From Delftia acidovorans NBRC 14950 (lineage in GTDB: Bacteria > Pseudomonadota > Gammaproteobacteria > Burkholderiales > Burkholderiaceae_C), in contig NZ_BCZP01000010.1 in the NCBI RefSeq assembly GCF_001598795.1, positions 207,082-239,081 of the forward strand: DNA of 32,000 nt, in the 5' to 3' direction. Positions 17,965 to 27,662 of this stretch are shown in pieces. Position numbers and translations under genes: made by a program. Position 1 is the first letter of the stretch; each line of letters opens with the position of its first letter. The notes beneath the pieces are model-generated. The model made no database searches. It was given only the letters and a program-made list of their open reading frames with translations, and was not told the DNA's origin.

Positions 17965-20717
17965 GCGAGAGCACGACGCCCCACGCCAGCGGCTGGGTCG
18001 TGCGCCTGAAGGGCGTGCACCAGCGCTATGGCCAGGTCGAGGCCCTGGCGGGCATCGACCTGGACATTCCCGAAGGCCGCATGGTCGGCCTGATCGGGCC
18101 GGACGGCGTGGGCAAGTCCAGCCTCATGGCGCTGATCTCCGGGGCGCGCAAGATCCAGGAAGGCAGCGTCGAGGTGCTGGGCGGCGACATGGCCCAGCGC
18201 CGGCACCGCGAGGCCGTCTGCCCGCGCGTGGCCTACATGCCGCAGGGCCTGGGGCGCAACCTCTATCCCACGCTGTCGGTGGAGGAGAACCTGCAGTTCT
18301 TCGCGCGCCTGTTCGGCCATGACGCGGCCGAACGGCGCCGGCGCATCGACGATCTCACCCAGGCCACGGGCCTGCGCAAATTCCTGGAGCGGCCGGCCGG
18401 CAAGCTGTCGGGCGGCATGAAGCAGAAGCTGGGCCTGTGCTGCGCGCTGATCCACGACCCCGACCTGCTGATCCTGGACGAGCCCACCACGGGCGTGGAC
18501 CCGCTGGCGCGCGCCCAGTTCTGGGACCTGATCGCGCGCATCCGCCGCCAGCGCCCCGGCATGAGCGTGCTGGTGGCCACGGCCTACATGGACGAGGCCC
18601 AGCGCTTCGACTGGCTGGTGGCCATGGACGAGGGCCGCGTGCTGGCCACGGGCACGCCGGCCGAGCTGCTGCAGCGCACGGGCAGCCGCTCGCTGGAAGA
18701 GGCCTTCATCGCCCTGCTGCCCGAAGAGAAAAAGCGCGGCCATGCGCCCGTGACCATCGCTCCCCTGCCCGAGGGCGGCGAGGACGACATCGCCATCGAG
18801 GCCAGGGACCTGACCATGCGCTTTGGCGACTTCGTCGCCGTGGACCATGTGTCCTTCCGCATCCGCCGCGGCGAGATCTTCGGCTTCCTGGGCTCCAACG
18901 GCTGCGGCAAGAGCACCACCATGAAGATGCTGACCGGCCTGCTGCCGGCCAGCGAGGGCCAGGCCTGGCTGTTCGGCCAGCCCGTGGACCCGCGCGACAT
19001 CGACACGCGCCGCCGCGTGGGCTACATGACCCAGGCGTTCTCGCTGTACGGCGAGCTGACCGTGCACCAGAACCTGGTGCTGCACGCGCGCCTGTTCGGC
19101 GTGCCCGAGGCGGACATTCCCGCGCGCGTGGCCGAGATGCTGCAGCGCTTCGACCTGCAGGCCGCGCAGCACAGCCTGCCGGCCGCCCTGCCGCTGGGCA
19201 TGCGCCAGCGCCTGTCGCTGGCCGTGGCCATGGTGCACAAGCCCGAGCTGCTCATCCTGGACGAGCCCACCTCGGGCGTGGACCCCGTGGCGCGCGACGG
19301 CTTCTGGCGCCTGCTGGTGGAGCTGTCGCGGCGCGACCGCGTGACCATCTTCATCTCCACCCACTTCATGAACGAGGCCGAGCGCTGCGACCGCATGTCC
19401 ATGATGCATGCGGGCAAGGTGCTGGACAGCGACACGCCCGCGCGCCTGGTGGCCAAGCGCGGCGCGGCCACGCTGGAGGAAGCCTTCATCGGCTACCTGG
19501 TCGAGGCCGGTGGCGGCGAGGCCCCAGCCGTCGAGGAACCGGCCGCGCCTGCCGCCACCGCTGCCGTGGAAACGCACACCGCGCGCCGCCGCCATTTCAG
19601 CGCCCAGCGCATGCTCAGCTATGTCTGGCGCGAAGCGCTGGAGCTGCAGCGCGACCCGGTGCGCGCCACGCTGGCCCTGGTGGGCTCGCTGATCCTGATG
19701 TTCGTGATGGGCTACGGCATCAGCCTGGACGTGGAGGACCTGCGCTTTGCCGTGCTGGACCGCGACCAGACCACCATCAGCCGCAGCTATGCGATGAGCC
19801 TGTCGGGCTCGCGCTACTTCATCGAGCAGCCGCCGCTGACCGACTACGACGCACTGGACCGCCGCATGCGCAGCGGCGAGCTGACCCTGGCCATCGAGAT
19901 CCCCCCGGGCTTTGCGCGCGACGTGCTGCGCGGCGGCTCCGTGCAGGTGGGCGCCTGGTTCGACGGCGCCATGCCCACGCGCGCCGAGACCGTGCGCGGC
20001 TACCTGCAGGGCATCCACCAGCACTGGCTGACCGAGCAGGCGCGCGAGCGCCTGGGCGTGGCGCCGGCCGGCCTGATCGACATCCAGACGCGCTTTCGCT
20101 ACAACCCCGACGTGCGCAGCCTGCCGGCCATGGTGCCGGCCGTCATGCCCCTGCTGCTGCTGCTTTTGCCCGCCATGCTGACGGCGCTGGCCGTGGTGCG
20201 CGAGAAGGAAAGCGGCTCCATCACCAACCTCTACGTCACGCCGGTCACGCGCACCGAATTCTTGCTGGGCAAGCAACTGCCCTATGTGGTGCTGGCCATG
20301 CTGAACTTCCTGCTGATGTGCCTGATGGCCGTCACCCTGTTCGGCGTTCCCGTGACGGGCAGCTTTGCCACGCTGGCCCTGGCGGCGCTGATCTTCAGTG
20401 GCGCCTCCACGGGCTTCGGCCTGCTGGCCTCCACGCTGACGCGCAGCCAGATCGCCTCGATGTTCCTGGTGCTGATCGGCACGCTGATCCCCACCACGCA
20501 GTTCGCGGGCCTGGTCGATCCCGTGTCCTCGCTGGAGGGGGCGGGCCGCGTCATCGGCGAGGTCTATCCGGCCAGCCACATGATCGCCATCAGCCGCGGC
20601 GTGTTCAGCAAGGCGCTGGGATTTAGGGAGCTGGCCGGCTCGTTCGGGCCGCTGCTGCTGTCCGTGCCGGTGATCCTGGGCCTGGCCATTGCACTGACCA
20701 GAAAGCAGGAGAGCTGA
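17961..20717 (+). CDS. rbbA: RbbA/YhiH-type fused ABC transporter: two ATPase domains plus a C-terminal ABC-2 permease domain
   Basis: Start set at the ATG at 17961 (ATGA overlap with the MFP stop), giving 918 aa. Walker A motifs are GPDGVGKSS and [12 protein letters not shown] signatures are LSGGMKQK and LPLGMRQR. Six TM helices follow after about residue 560. Confidence 0.85.
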   Translation: MSESTTPHASGWVVRLKGVHQRYGQVEALAGIDLDIPEGRMVGLIGPDGVGKSSLMALISGARKIQEGSVEVLGGDMAQRRHREAVCPRVAYMPQGLGRNLYPTLSVEENLQFFARLFGHDAAERRRRIDDLTQATGLRKFLERPAGKLSGGMKQKLGLCCALIHDPDLLILDEPTTGVDPLARAQFWDLIARIRRQRPGMSVLVATAYMDEAQRFDWLVAMDEGRVLATGTPAELLQRTGSRSLEEAFIALLPEEKKRGHAPVTIAPLPEGGEDDIAIEARDLTMRFGDFVAVDHVSFRIRRGEIFGFLGSNGCGKSTTMKMLTGLLPASEGQAWLFGQPVDPRDIDTRRRVGYMTQAFSLYGELTVHQNLVLHARLFGVPEADIPARVAEMLQRFDLQAAQHSLPAALPLGMRQRLSLAVAMVHKPELLILDEPTSGVDPVARDGFWRLLVELSRRDRVTIFISTHFMNEAERCDRMSMMHAGKVLDSDTPARLVAKRGAATLEEAFIGYLVEAGGGEAPAVEEPAAPAATAAVETHTARRRHFSAQRMLSYVWREALELQRDPVRATLALVGSLILMFVMGYGISLDVEDLRFAVLDRDQTTISRSYAMSLSGSRYFIEQPPLTDYDALDRRMRSGELTLAIEIPPGFARDVLRGGSVQVGAWFDGAMPTRAETVRGYLQGIHQHWLTEQARERLGVAPAGLIDIQTRFRYNPDVRSLPAMVPAVMPLLLLLLPAMLTALAVVREKESGSITNLYVTPVTRTEFLLGKQLPYVVLAMLNFLLMCLMAVTLFGVPVTGSFATLALAALIFSGASTGFGLLASTLTRSQIASMFLVLIGTLIPTTQFAGLVDPVSSLEGAGRVIGEVYPASHMIAISRGVFSKALGFRELAGSFGPLLLSVPVILGLAIALTRKQES

Positions 20718-20718
20718 C

Positions 20719-21849
20719 ATGCGCACCCGCCTTTTCTCCAACATCTACCGGCTGGGCGTCAAGGAGCTGTGGAGCCTGTGGCGCGACCCCGTGCTGCTGG
20801 TGCTCATCGCCTATGTGTTCACGGTCTCCATCTACACGGCGGCCACGGCCATGCCCGAGAGCCTGCACAACGCGCCCATCGCCATCGTGGACGAGGACGG
20901 CTCGCCGCTGTCGCAACGCATCGCGGGCGCCTTCTATCCGCCGCAGTTCGCGCCGCCGGCCATGATCGATCGCACGCAGATGGACCCGGGCATGGACTCG
21001 GGCACCTACACCTTCGTGCTCAACATCCCGCCCAACTTCCAGCGCGACGTGCTGGCGGGCCGCGCCCCCGAGCTGCAGCTGAACGTGGACGCCACGCGCA
21101 TGAGCCAGGCCTTCACGGGCAACAGCTATGTGCAGCAGATCGTCTCGGCCGAGGTCAGCGAGTTCGTGCGGCGCTTTCGGGGCGCCACCGCCCTGCCCGT
21201 GGACCTGGTGGTGCGCGCGCGCTTCAATCCGGCGCTGGACAAGGTCTGGTTCGGCGGGCTGATGCAGATCATCAACAACGTGACCATGCTGTCCATCATC
21301 CTCACGGGCGCGGCCCTGATCCGCGAGCGCGAGCACGGCACGGTGGAGCACCTGCTGGTCATGCCGGTGACACCGACCGAGATCATGCTGGCCAAGATAT
21401 GGTCCATGGGACTGGTCGTGCTGGTCACCGCCTTTGCCTCGCTCAACCTCGTGGTGCGCGGCGCCCTGGGCGTTCCCATCGAAGGCTCGCTGCCGCTGTT
21501 CCTGGCGGGGGCCGCGCTGTGCCTGTTCGCCACAACGTCGCTGGGGATCTTCCTTGCCACGCTGGCGCGCAACATGCCACAGTTCGGCATGCTGCTGGTG
21601 CTCGTGCTGCTGCCGCTGCAGCTGCTGTCGGGCGCCATGACGCCGCGCGAAAGCATGCCCGAGCTGGTGCAGAACATCATGCTGGCCGCGCCGACCACCC
21701 ACTTTGTCGAGCTGTCGCAGGCCATCCTCTACCGCGGAGCGGGGCTGGACGTGGTCTGGAAGCCCTTCCTCGCGCTGGCCGCGATCGGCTCCGTGCTGTT
21801 CGCCCTCACGCTCACCCGTTTTCGCAAGACCATCAGCCAGATGGCCTGA
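20719..21849 (+). CDS. yhhJ: ABC-2 type permease (YhhJ-like partner of RbbA)
   Basis: 376 aa. It has an N-terminal TM helix, a large periplasmic loop, and then five TM helices (ALIREREHGTVEHLLVMPVTPTEIMLAK is the typical ABC-2 segment). It starts 1 nt after the preceding stop. Confidence 0.85.
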   Translation: MRTRLFSNIYRLGVKELWSLWRDPVLLVLIAYVFTVSIYTAATAMPESLHNAPIAIVDEDGSPLSQRIAGAFYPPQFAPPAMIDRTQMDPGMDSGTYTFVLNIPPNFQRDVLAGRAPELQLNVDATRMSQAFTGNSYVQQIVSAEVSEFVRRFRGATALPVDLVVRARFNPALDKVWFGGLMQIINNVTMLSIILTGAALIREREHGTVEHLLVMPVTPTEIMLAKIWSMGLVVLVTAFASLNLVVRGALGVPIEGSLPLFLAGAALCLFATTSLGIFLATLARNMPQFGMLLVLVLLPLQLLSGAMTPRESMPELVQNIMLAAPTTHFVELSQAILYRGAGLDVVWKPFLALAAIGSVLFALTLTRFRKTISQMA

Positions 21850-21902
21850 TTTCGTTCCCGCCGCCAAGGCATCTTTCCATCTCAACCAGCAAGGAGTTTC
21901 AT

Positions 21903-22412
21903 ATGAGCGCACAGACCATTCCCCTCCATCTGCTCAAGGCACAGCTTGAACTGCAGCTGCACCTGAGCCGGCTGCTGCAGGAAAGCGGCCAACAGTGGCT
22001 GGAGCATGCCGCACGCAACGGCCCCGAGCGCATCGCCGAGACCGGCAGCGAGATCGAGGGCGTGCAGCAGACCAGCAGCTGGCAGGAGCTGGCCACCCTG
22101 CCCGCCCAGGCCTTCTGGCGCCACGCCCACCTGCGCATGGGCCATGCCCAGGCCCTGGCCCAGACCGCCATGGCCAGCCAGATGACCCTGGCCCAGGGCG
22201 TGCAGCAGGCCGTGCACGACTGGCAGCAACAGGTGGCAGCCACGCTGGGCAACAGCACCCAGGGCGCAGCCGACACCGCCGTGCCGTGGAGCGACCTGCT
22301 CGCCCGCTGGACCTCGGCCGTGCAGTCCGTGGCCCAGCCCGCCCATGCGGCGCAGCAGCCCATTGCGGCAGCCGCCGCCGAAACGGCCCGCGACACCACA
22401 GCCCAGGGCTGA
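21903..22412 (+). CDS. Small helical phasin-like protein (tentative)
   Basis: 169-aa ORF embedded in the tracked frame 20769..22412. ATG at 21903 with AAGGAG upstream. It is Gln/Ala-rich and all-helical, and the central SWQELATLPAQ turn resembles the phasin_2 layout. Assigned by resemblance and by context next to a PhaC-like gene. Confidence 0.45.
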   Translation: MSAQTIPLHLLKAQLELQLHLSRLLQESGQQWLEHAARNGPERIAETGSEIEGVQQTSSWQELATLPAQAFWRHAHLRMGHAQALAQTAMASQMTLAQGVQQAVHDWQQQVAATLGNSTQGAADTAVPWSDLLARWTSAVQSVAQPAHAAQQPIAAAAAETARDTTAQG

Positions 22413-22549
22413 CGGCCCCCAAGGAAGCCGCCACGCGGTCCCGCAGGTTCGGGGCCGCATGGGCGCGGGGCGGCCATCCGCACCCAGCCACAAGCAATCA
22501 CACGCAATCTAAGAGCAGGGCATGACATGCCGGTAAAGGAGTGGGCCAG

Positions 22550-24961
22550 ATGAACGAGAACCTGCAGAGCCACGGCACCGTGGACGTGGGAGGGATGTGG
22601 GGCGATCCGATGAAGCTGTCGCAGGCAGCCGCGCAATACGCCACCGATGCCTGGCAGCGCTCGCTGCTGTATGCCGACATCCGGCGCCAGCGTGGCAACC
22701 AGTACCGCGAGCATCTGGCCGAGGAAGTGCCCAATGTGCTGAGCTTCCGGGCCGAGATCGTGATGTCGGGCCTGGACCTGCCGCGCCCCGTCAACTACGG
22801 CCTGGCACGCATCGCGCCCATGGAGGGCACGGTCATCGACCCGGCCAAGCGCCCCTTCATCGTCGTCGATCCGCGCGCGGGCCACGGCCCCGGCATCGGC
22901 GGCTTCAAGCCCGACAGCGAGATCGGCGCCGCGCTCAAGGCCGGCCACCCCTGCTACTTCGTGGGCTTCCTGCCCGACCCCGTGCCCGGCCAGACCGTCG
23001 AGGACGTGATGCGCGCCGAGGCCCAATTCGTGCGCAAGGTCGCCGAGCTGCACCCCGAGAGCCGGGGCAAGCCCGCCGTCATCGGCAACTGCCAGGCCGG
23101 CTGGCAGATCCTCATGACGGCCGCCGTCTGGCCCGAGCTGTTCGGCCCCATCATCGTGGCCGGTGCGCCGCTGTCGTACTGGGCCGGCGACAACCCCATG
23201 CGCTACGGCGGCGGCCTCATGGGCGGCAGCTGGATGACGGCGCTGACCAGCGACCTGGGCGCGGGCCGCTTCGACGGCGCATGGCTGGTGCAGAACTTCG
23301 AGAACCTCAACCCGGCCAACACGCTGTGGGAAAAGCAGTACCAGGTCTATGCCGACGTGGACACCGAGGGGCCGCGCTACCTGGGCTTCGAGAAGTACTG
23401 GGGCGGCTATGTCTTCCTGGAAGGCCGCGAGATGCAGTACATCGTGGACAACCTGTTCATCGGCAACCGGCTGGCCACGGCCGAGCTGACGACCTCGGAC
23501 GGCGTGCGCATCGACCTGCGCAACATCCGCTCGCCCATCGTGGTGTTCTGCTCGCATGGCGACAACATCACGCCGCCGGGCCAGGCCCTGGGCTGGATCA
23601 CCGACCTGTACCGCGACGACGAGGACATCGCCGCCCACGACCAGACCATCGTCTTCGCCACGCATGACAGCATCGGCCACCTGGGCATCTTTGTCTCGGG
23701 CGCCGTGGGCCGCAAGGAGCACCGCGAGTTCGCGGCGCACATCGACATCATCGACCTGCTGCCCGCCGGCATCTACCGCGCCGAGATCGCCGACCGCCCG
23801 GCCGGTGTGCCGGCACAGGATCTGACCGACGACGCCTACCTGATGAAGATCCGCCGCAGCGACCTGGCCGAGGTGCGCTCCATCGTCCGGCCCGACCCCG
23901 AAAGCGAGCGCCACTTCGCCGCTGCCGCGCGCGTCTCCGAAATCAACCTGGCCCTGTACCGCAACACCGTGCAGCCCTGGGTGCAGGCGCTGTCCACGCC
24001 GCTGTCTGCGCGCTGGCTGCAGGCCATGCACCCGCTGCGCGTGGGCTATGAATGCTGGTCGGACTCGCACCCGCTGGCGCCCGTCGTGGCCCAGGTCGCC
24101 GAGCATGCGCGCGAGGACCGCCACCCCGTCGAGCCCGACAACCCCTTCCTGAAGGCGCAGCAGGCCATGTCGCAGGCCGTGGTGCATCTGCTCGACACCT
24201 ACCGCGACCAGCGCGATGCCATGCAGGCGCGGCTGTTCCACGCCATCTATGGCTCGCCCCTGGTCCAGGCCCTGGCCGGCCAAAGCCGGCAGGACGACGG
24301 CCCGCCGCGCCCGCACCCCGGCGAATCGCCCGAGCACTGCCAGTACATGCGCCAGGAGCTGGCACGGCTGCACGAAAGCGTGGCCCAGGGCGGGCTGTAC
24401 GAGGCTGTCATCCGCGCCCTGTTCCACGTGCTGCGCGCACGCGGCGAGGCCGATGAGCGCCACTTCCGCCACGCCTGGCGGCTGCTGCAGGACCACCTGG
24501 GCGGCGTGCCGCCCGACATGGCGCAGTTCCGCCGCATCGTGCGCCGCCAGGCCCTGCTGATGCAGCGCGAGCCCGACGCCGCCATGGCCGCCATCCCCCG
24601 GTTGCTGGCCGCCTCGCCCGCCGCCGACATCCGCTGGGGCATGACCACGGTGGACGAGCTGGCCAACCAGGGCGGCAACCTCAGCGATGCCGAGCACCAG
24701 CGCCTGCTGCAGGCCATGGGGCATTTCGTGCAGGCGCTGGAGGCCGCCGAGTCCAGGCAGGCGAAAGAGCAGGCCGAGCGGCACCCAGCCATCGCGCCAG
24801 CCTCGGTGGCCGAGCCTGAACCCGCACCTGTGACGGCACCTGTGACGGCACCTTCGGCAGCGTCTCTGACCGCACCTGTTCCCGACTCCGCGCCTGCCGC
24901 CAAGCGCCCCGCACGCGCCCAGGCCAGCCGTGCACACCCCAGCCCCCGGAAAAAGCGATGA
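22550..24961 (+). CDS. DUF3141-type alpha/beta hydrolase, PHA-synthase-like (Cys nucleophile)
   Basis: The ATG at 22550 is preferred because AAGGAG lies 8 nt upstream; the GTG at 22541 abuts that AAGGAG. 803 aa. Lipase-box-like VIGNCQAGW has Cys encoded at 23090-23092. Downstream candidates for the triad are CSHGDNITPP (Asp) and THDSIGHLGIF (His). The C-terminal half is long and helical and ends in a low-complexity APVT-repeat tail. Confidence 0.7.
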   Translation: MNENLQSHGTVDVGGMWGDPMKLSQAAAQYATDAWQRSLLYADIRRQRGNQYREHLAEEVPNVLSFRAEIVMSGLDLPRPVNYGLARIAPMEGTVIDPAKRPFIVVDPRAGHGPGIGGFKPDSEIGAALKAGHPCYFVGFLPDPVPGQTVEDVMRAEAQFVRKVAELHPESRGKPAVIGNCQAGWQILMTAAVWPELFGPIIVAGAPLSYWAGDNPMRYGGGLMGGSWMTALTSDLGAGRFDGAWLVQNFENLNPANTLWEKQYQVYADVDTEGPRYLGFEKYWGGYVFLEGREMQYIVDNLFIGNRLATAELTTSDGVRIDLRNIRSPIVVFCSHGDNITPPGQALGWITDLYRDDEDIAAHDQTIVFATHDSIGHLGIFVSGAVGRKEHREFAAHIDIIDLLPAGIYRAEIADRPAGVPAQDLTDDAYLMKIRRSDLAEVRSIVRPDPESERHFAAAARVSEINLALYRNTVQPWVQALSTPLSARWLQAMHPLRVGYECWSDSHPLAPVVAQVAEHAREDRHPVEPDNPFLKAQQAMSQAVVHLLDTYRDQRDAMQARLFHAIYGSPLVQALAGQSRQDDGPPRPHPGESPEHCQYMRQELARLHESVAQGGLYEAVIRALFHVLRARGEADERHFRHAWRLLQDHLGGVPPDMAQFRRIVRRQALLMQREPDAAMAAIPRLLAASPAADIRWGMTTVDELANQGGNLSDAEHQRLLQAMGHFVQALEAAESRQAKEQAERHPAIAPASVAEPEPAPVTAPVTAPSAASLTAPVPDSAPAAKRPARAQASRAHPSPRKKR
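24824..24853 (+). repeat. Tandem 12-nt repeat GCACCTGTGACG, about 2.5 copies, encoding APVTAPVTAP
   Basis: Read directly from the sequence. Lies in the 3' tail of the DUF3141 gene. Confidence 0.8.
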
Positions 24962-26418
24962 ACCTCTCCCCCGATTCCGATGCGGCCCTGCCGCCCGAAG
25001 ACCTGGCCCTGCTGCGCAACCACAGCTTTGACGAACTGGACGTGGGCGACAGCGCCAGCCTGGAACGCACGTTGAGCACCCAGGACCTGCGCCTGTTTGC
25101 CGCCCTGTCGGGCGCGGCCGTGGCCGACGGCACTGGTGCCGGTGCCGGTGCCGGCACGGTTGCCGGCGCCGACGATGACGACACGGCCCTGATCGCCCAC
25201 GGCATGTGGGGCGGCATGCTGCTGGCCTCGGTGCTGGGCACGCGCCTGCCCGGCCCCGGCACCACCCTGGTCGGCCAGACGCTGCGCTTTCTGGCGCCGC
25301 TGGCCGCAGGCGACCGGCTGACCGTGCGCGTGGAGGTGCTGGCCAAGCAGGCCGAGCAGCGCCAGGTCACGCTGGCCGTGGCCTGCAACAACCAGCATGG
25401 CGCCGCCGTGATCGAGGGCCAGGCCACCGTGCATGCGCCTGCGCGCCACATCGAGCGCCAGCGCACCAGCCTGCCCGAGATCCGCCTGGAAGCCGGTGGA
25501 CGCGACGGCCTGCAGCGCCTGCTGGCCCATGTGGCCGGCCTGCCGCCCATCCGCGTGGCCGTGGTCCATCCCTGCGACGAGCCCAGCCTCTCGGCCGCGC
25601 TGGACGCGCGCCGCGAAGGCCTGATCGACCCCGTGCTGGTGGCCCCGCGCGCGCGGCTGGAGGCCGTGGCAGCCGAGCACGGGCTGGACCTGGGCGGCCT
25701 GCGCATCGAGGACGTCCCGCACAGCCACGCCGCCGCCACGCGCGGCGCCGAGCTGGCCGCCTGCGGCGAGGTCGAGGCCATCATGAAAGGCAGCCTGCAC
25801 ACGGACGAACTCATGGCCGAGGTCGTGGCCGCCGCCGCCGGCCTGCGCACCAAGCGCCGCGTCAGCCACTGCTTCGTGCTGCAGACGCCGCACTACCCGC
25901 GCCCGTTCATCGTCACCGATGCGGCCATCAACCTCGCGCCCGACCTGCAGCAAAAGGCCGACATCGTGCGCAACGCCATCGCCCTGGCACATGCCATCGG
26001 CGTGCCCGAGCCCAAGGTCGCCATCCTGGCCGCCGTGGAGACCGTGAGCCCGCACATGCCGGCCACGCTGGACGCCGCCGCGCTGTGCAAGATGGCCGAC
26101 CGGGGCCAGATCGAAGGCGGCGTGCTCGACGGGCCGCTGGCCTTCGACAACGCCGTGTCCATGGCCGCCGCGCGCACCAAGGGCATCGATTCGCCCGTGG
26201 CGGGCCAGGCCGACATCCTGGTCGTGCCCGACCTGGAAAGCGGCAACATGCTGGCCAAGCAGCTCATGTACATGGGCGAGGCGGCCAGCGCCGGCATCGT
26301 CATGGGAGCCAAGGTGCCCGTGATCCTGACCAGCCGCGCCGACAGCCGCGCCTCGCGCATTGCCTCCTGCGCCATCGCCCTGCTGCTGGCCCACCGCTAC
26401 CGGAACTCCCCGCCATGA
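24958..26418 (+). CDS. Fusion of a MaoC-like hotdog domain and a phosphate acetyl/butyryl-transferase (PTA_PTB) domain
   Basis: 486 aa. ATGA overlap with the upstream stop. The N-terminal 150 aa are hotdog-like (IAHGMWGGMLLASVLGTRLPGPGTTLVGQTLRFLAPLAAGDRLTVRVEV). The C-terminal domain has PTB/PTA blocks (MKGSLHTDELM, FIVTDAAINLAPD, PKVAILAAVE, DILVVPDLESGNMLAK). Confidence 0.85.
   Translation: MNLSPDSDAALPPEDLALLRNHSFDELDVGDSASLERTLSTQDLRLFAALSGAAVADGTGAGAGAGTVAGADDDDTALIAHGMWGGMLLASVLGTRLPGPGTTLVGQTLRFLAPLAAGDRLTVRVEVLAKQAEQRQVTLAVACNNQHGAAVIEGQATVHAPARHIERQRTSLPEIRLEAGGRDGLQRLLAHVAGLPPIRVAVVHPCDEPSLSAALDARREGLIDPVLVAPRARLEAVAAEHGLDLGGLRIEDVPHSHAAATRGAELAACGEVEAIMKGSLHTDELMAEVVAAAAGLRTKRRVSHCFVLQTPHYPRPFIVTDAAINLAPDLQQKADIVRNAIALAHAIGVPEPKVAILAAVETVSPHMPATLDAAALCKMADRGQIEGGVLDGPLAFDNAVSMAAARTKGIDSPVAGQADILVVPDLESGNMLAKQLMYMGEAASAGIVMGAKVPVILTSRADSRASRIASCAIALLLAHRYRNSPP
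25135..25152 (+). repeat. (GGTGCC)x3 hexanucleotide repeat encoding GAGAGA inside the hotdog domain
   Basis: Read directly from the sequence. It is part of the low-complexity insert GTGAGAGAGTVAGADDDD. Confidence 0.8.
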
Positions 26419-27662
26419 TCTCCGCCCACACCGCATCCTCCCCCGCCCGCGAACTGGTCGTGGTGCTCAACTGCGGCTCGTCCAGCATCAAGTTCGCCGT
26501 CTTCGACGGTGCCCAGCGCCCGCTGCCGCGCAAGCCGCTGTGGAACGGCAAGGTCCAGGGCATCGGCGGGCCCGCGCCCGACTTCGGCGAGAGCGGCGTG
26601 CCGCCCTTTGCCATTGCCCTGGATGCCGCTCACCCCTACCGCGCCGCGCTGCAGCTGATCCGCGAGCGCATCACCGCGCGGCTGGCGCAGCTGGACGGCG
26701 CCCGCGTGGCCGCCGTCGCCCACCGCGTGGTGCACGGCGGCAGCCGCTACTTCGAGCCCGTGCGCGTCGATGCCGGCGTGCTGGCCGACCTCAAGGCCTT
26801 CATCCCGCTGGCGCCGCTGCACCAGCCCTTTGCGCTGGAGGCCATGGACATCCTGCTGCGCGAGCGGCCCGAACTGGTGCAGGTGGCCTGCTTCGACACC
26901 GCCTTCCACCACACGCTGCCCAAGGTCGAGCAACTGCTGCCCCTGCCGCACGCGGCCTGGGAGCGCGGGCTGCGCCGCTACGGCTTCCACGGCCTGTCCT
27001 ACGAATACATGGCCACCGCCCTGCCCGAGCGCCATGGCGACCTGGCACGCGGGCGCACCCTGGTGGCCCACCTGGGCAGCGGCGCCAGCCTGTGCGCCAT
27101 GCAGGGCCTGCAAAGCGTGGCCACGACCATGGGCTTCTCTGCGCTGGATGGCCTGATGATGGGCACGCGCACCGGCGCGCTGGACCCCGGCGCCGTGATC
27201 TACCTGATGGAAATCGAAAAGCTCAGCCTGCAGGAAGTGGGCCGCATCCTGTACCACGAGTCCGGCCTGCTGGGCGTCTCGGGCACCTCGTCCGAGCCGC
27301 GCGTGCTGCTGCCGCTGGAGTCAGGCGGCGATGCCCAGGCCGAGCGCGCGCGCGATGCGCTGGCCCTGTACGTGCGGCGCATCGTGCGCGAGATCGGCGC
27401 CCTGGTCGCCGTGCTGGGCGGCCTGGACCTGCTGGTGTTCACCGCAGGCGTGGGCGAGCACAGCGCCGAGATACGGCGGCGCGTGTGCGAGGGCCTGGGC
27501 TTTCTGGGCCTGCGGCTGGACGCCGAGGCCAATGCGCGCGATGCGGCCGTGATCTCGGCCACCGGCAGCGCCGTCACCGTGGGCGTGGAGCCCACCAACG
27601 AGGAATGGGTGGCAGCGCGCCATGCGCTGCGCTGGCTGCCGGGCAACGCGATCCCCGCATGA
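26415..27662 (+). CDS. ackA: Acetate/propionate/butyrate-family kinase
   Basis: 415 aa, embedded in the tracked frame 25206..27662. ATGA overlap with the upstream stop. VLNCGSSSIKF, HRVVHGG, FDTAFHHTLP, RRYGFHGLSYEY and FTAGVGEHS are ASKHA acetate-kinase signatures. Confidence 0.9.
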   Translation: MISAHTASSPARELVVVLNCGSSSIKFAVFDGAQRPLPRKPLWNGKVQGIGGPAPDFGESGVPPFAIALDAAHPYRAALQLIRERITARLAQLDGARVAAVAHRVVHGGSRYFEPVRVDAGVLADLKAFIPLAPLHQPFALEAMDILLRERPELVQVACFDTAFHHTLPKVEQLLPLPHAAWERGLRRYGFHGLSYEYMATALPERHGDLARGRTLVAHLGSGASLCAMQGLQSVATTMGFSALDGLMMGTRTGALDPGAVIYLMEIEKLSLQEVGRILYHESGLLGVSGTSSEPRVLLPLESGGDAQAERARDALALYVRRIVREIGALVAVLGGLDLLVFTAGVGEHSAEIRRRVCEGLGFLGLRLDAEANARDAAVISATGSAVTVGVEPTNEEWVAARHALRWLPGNAIPA

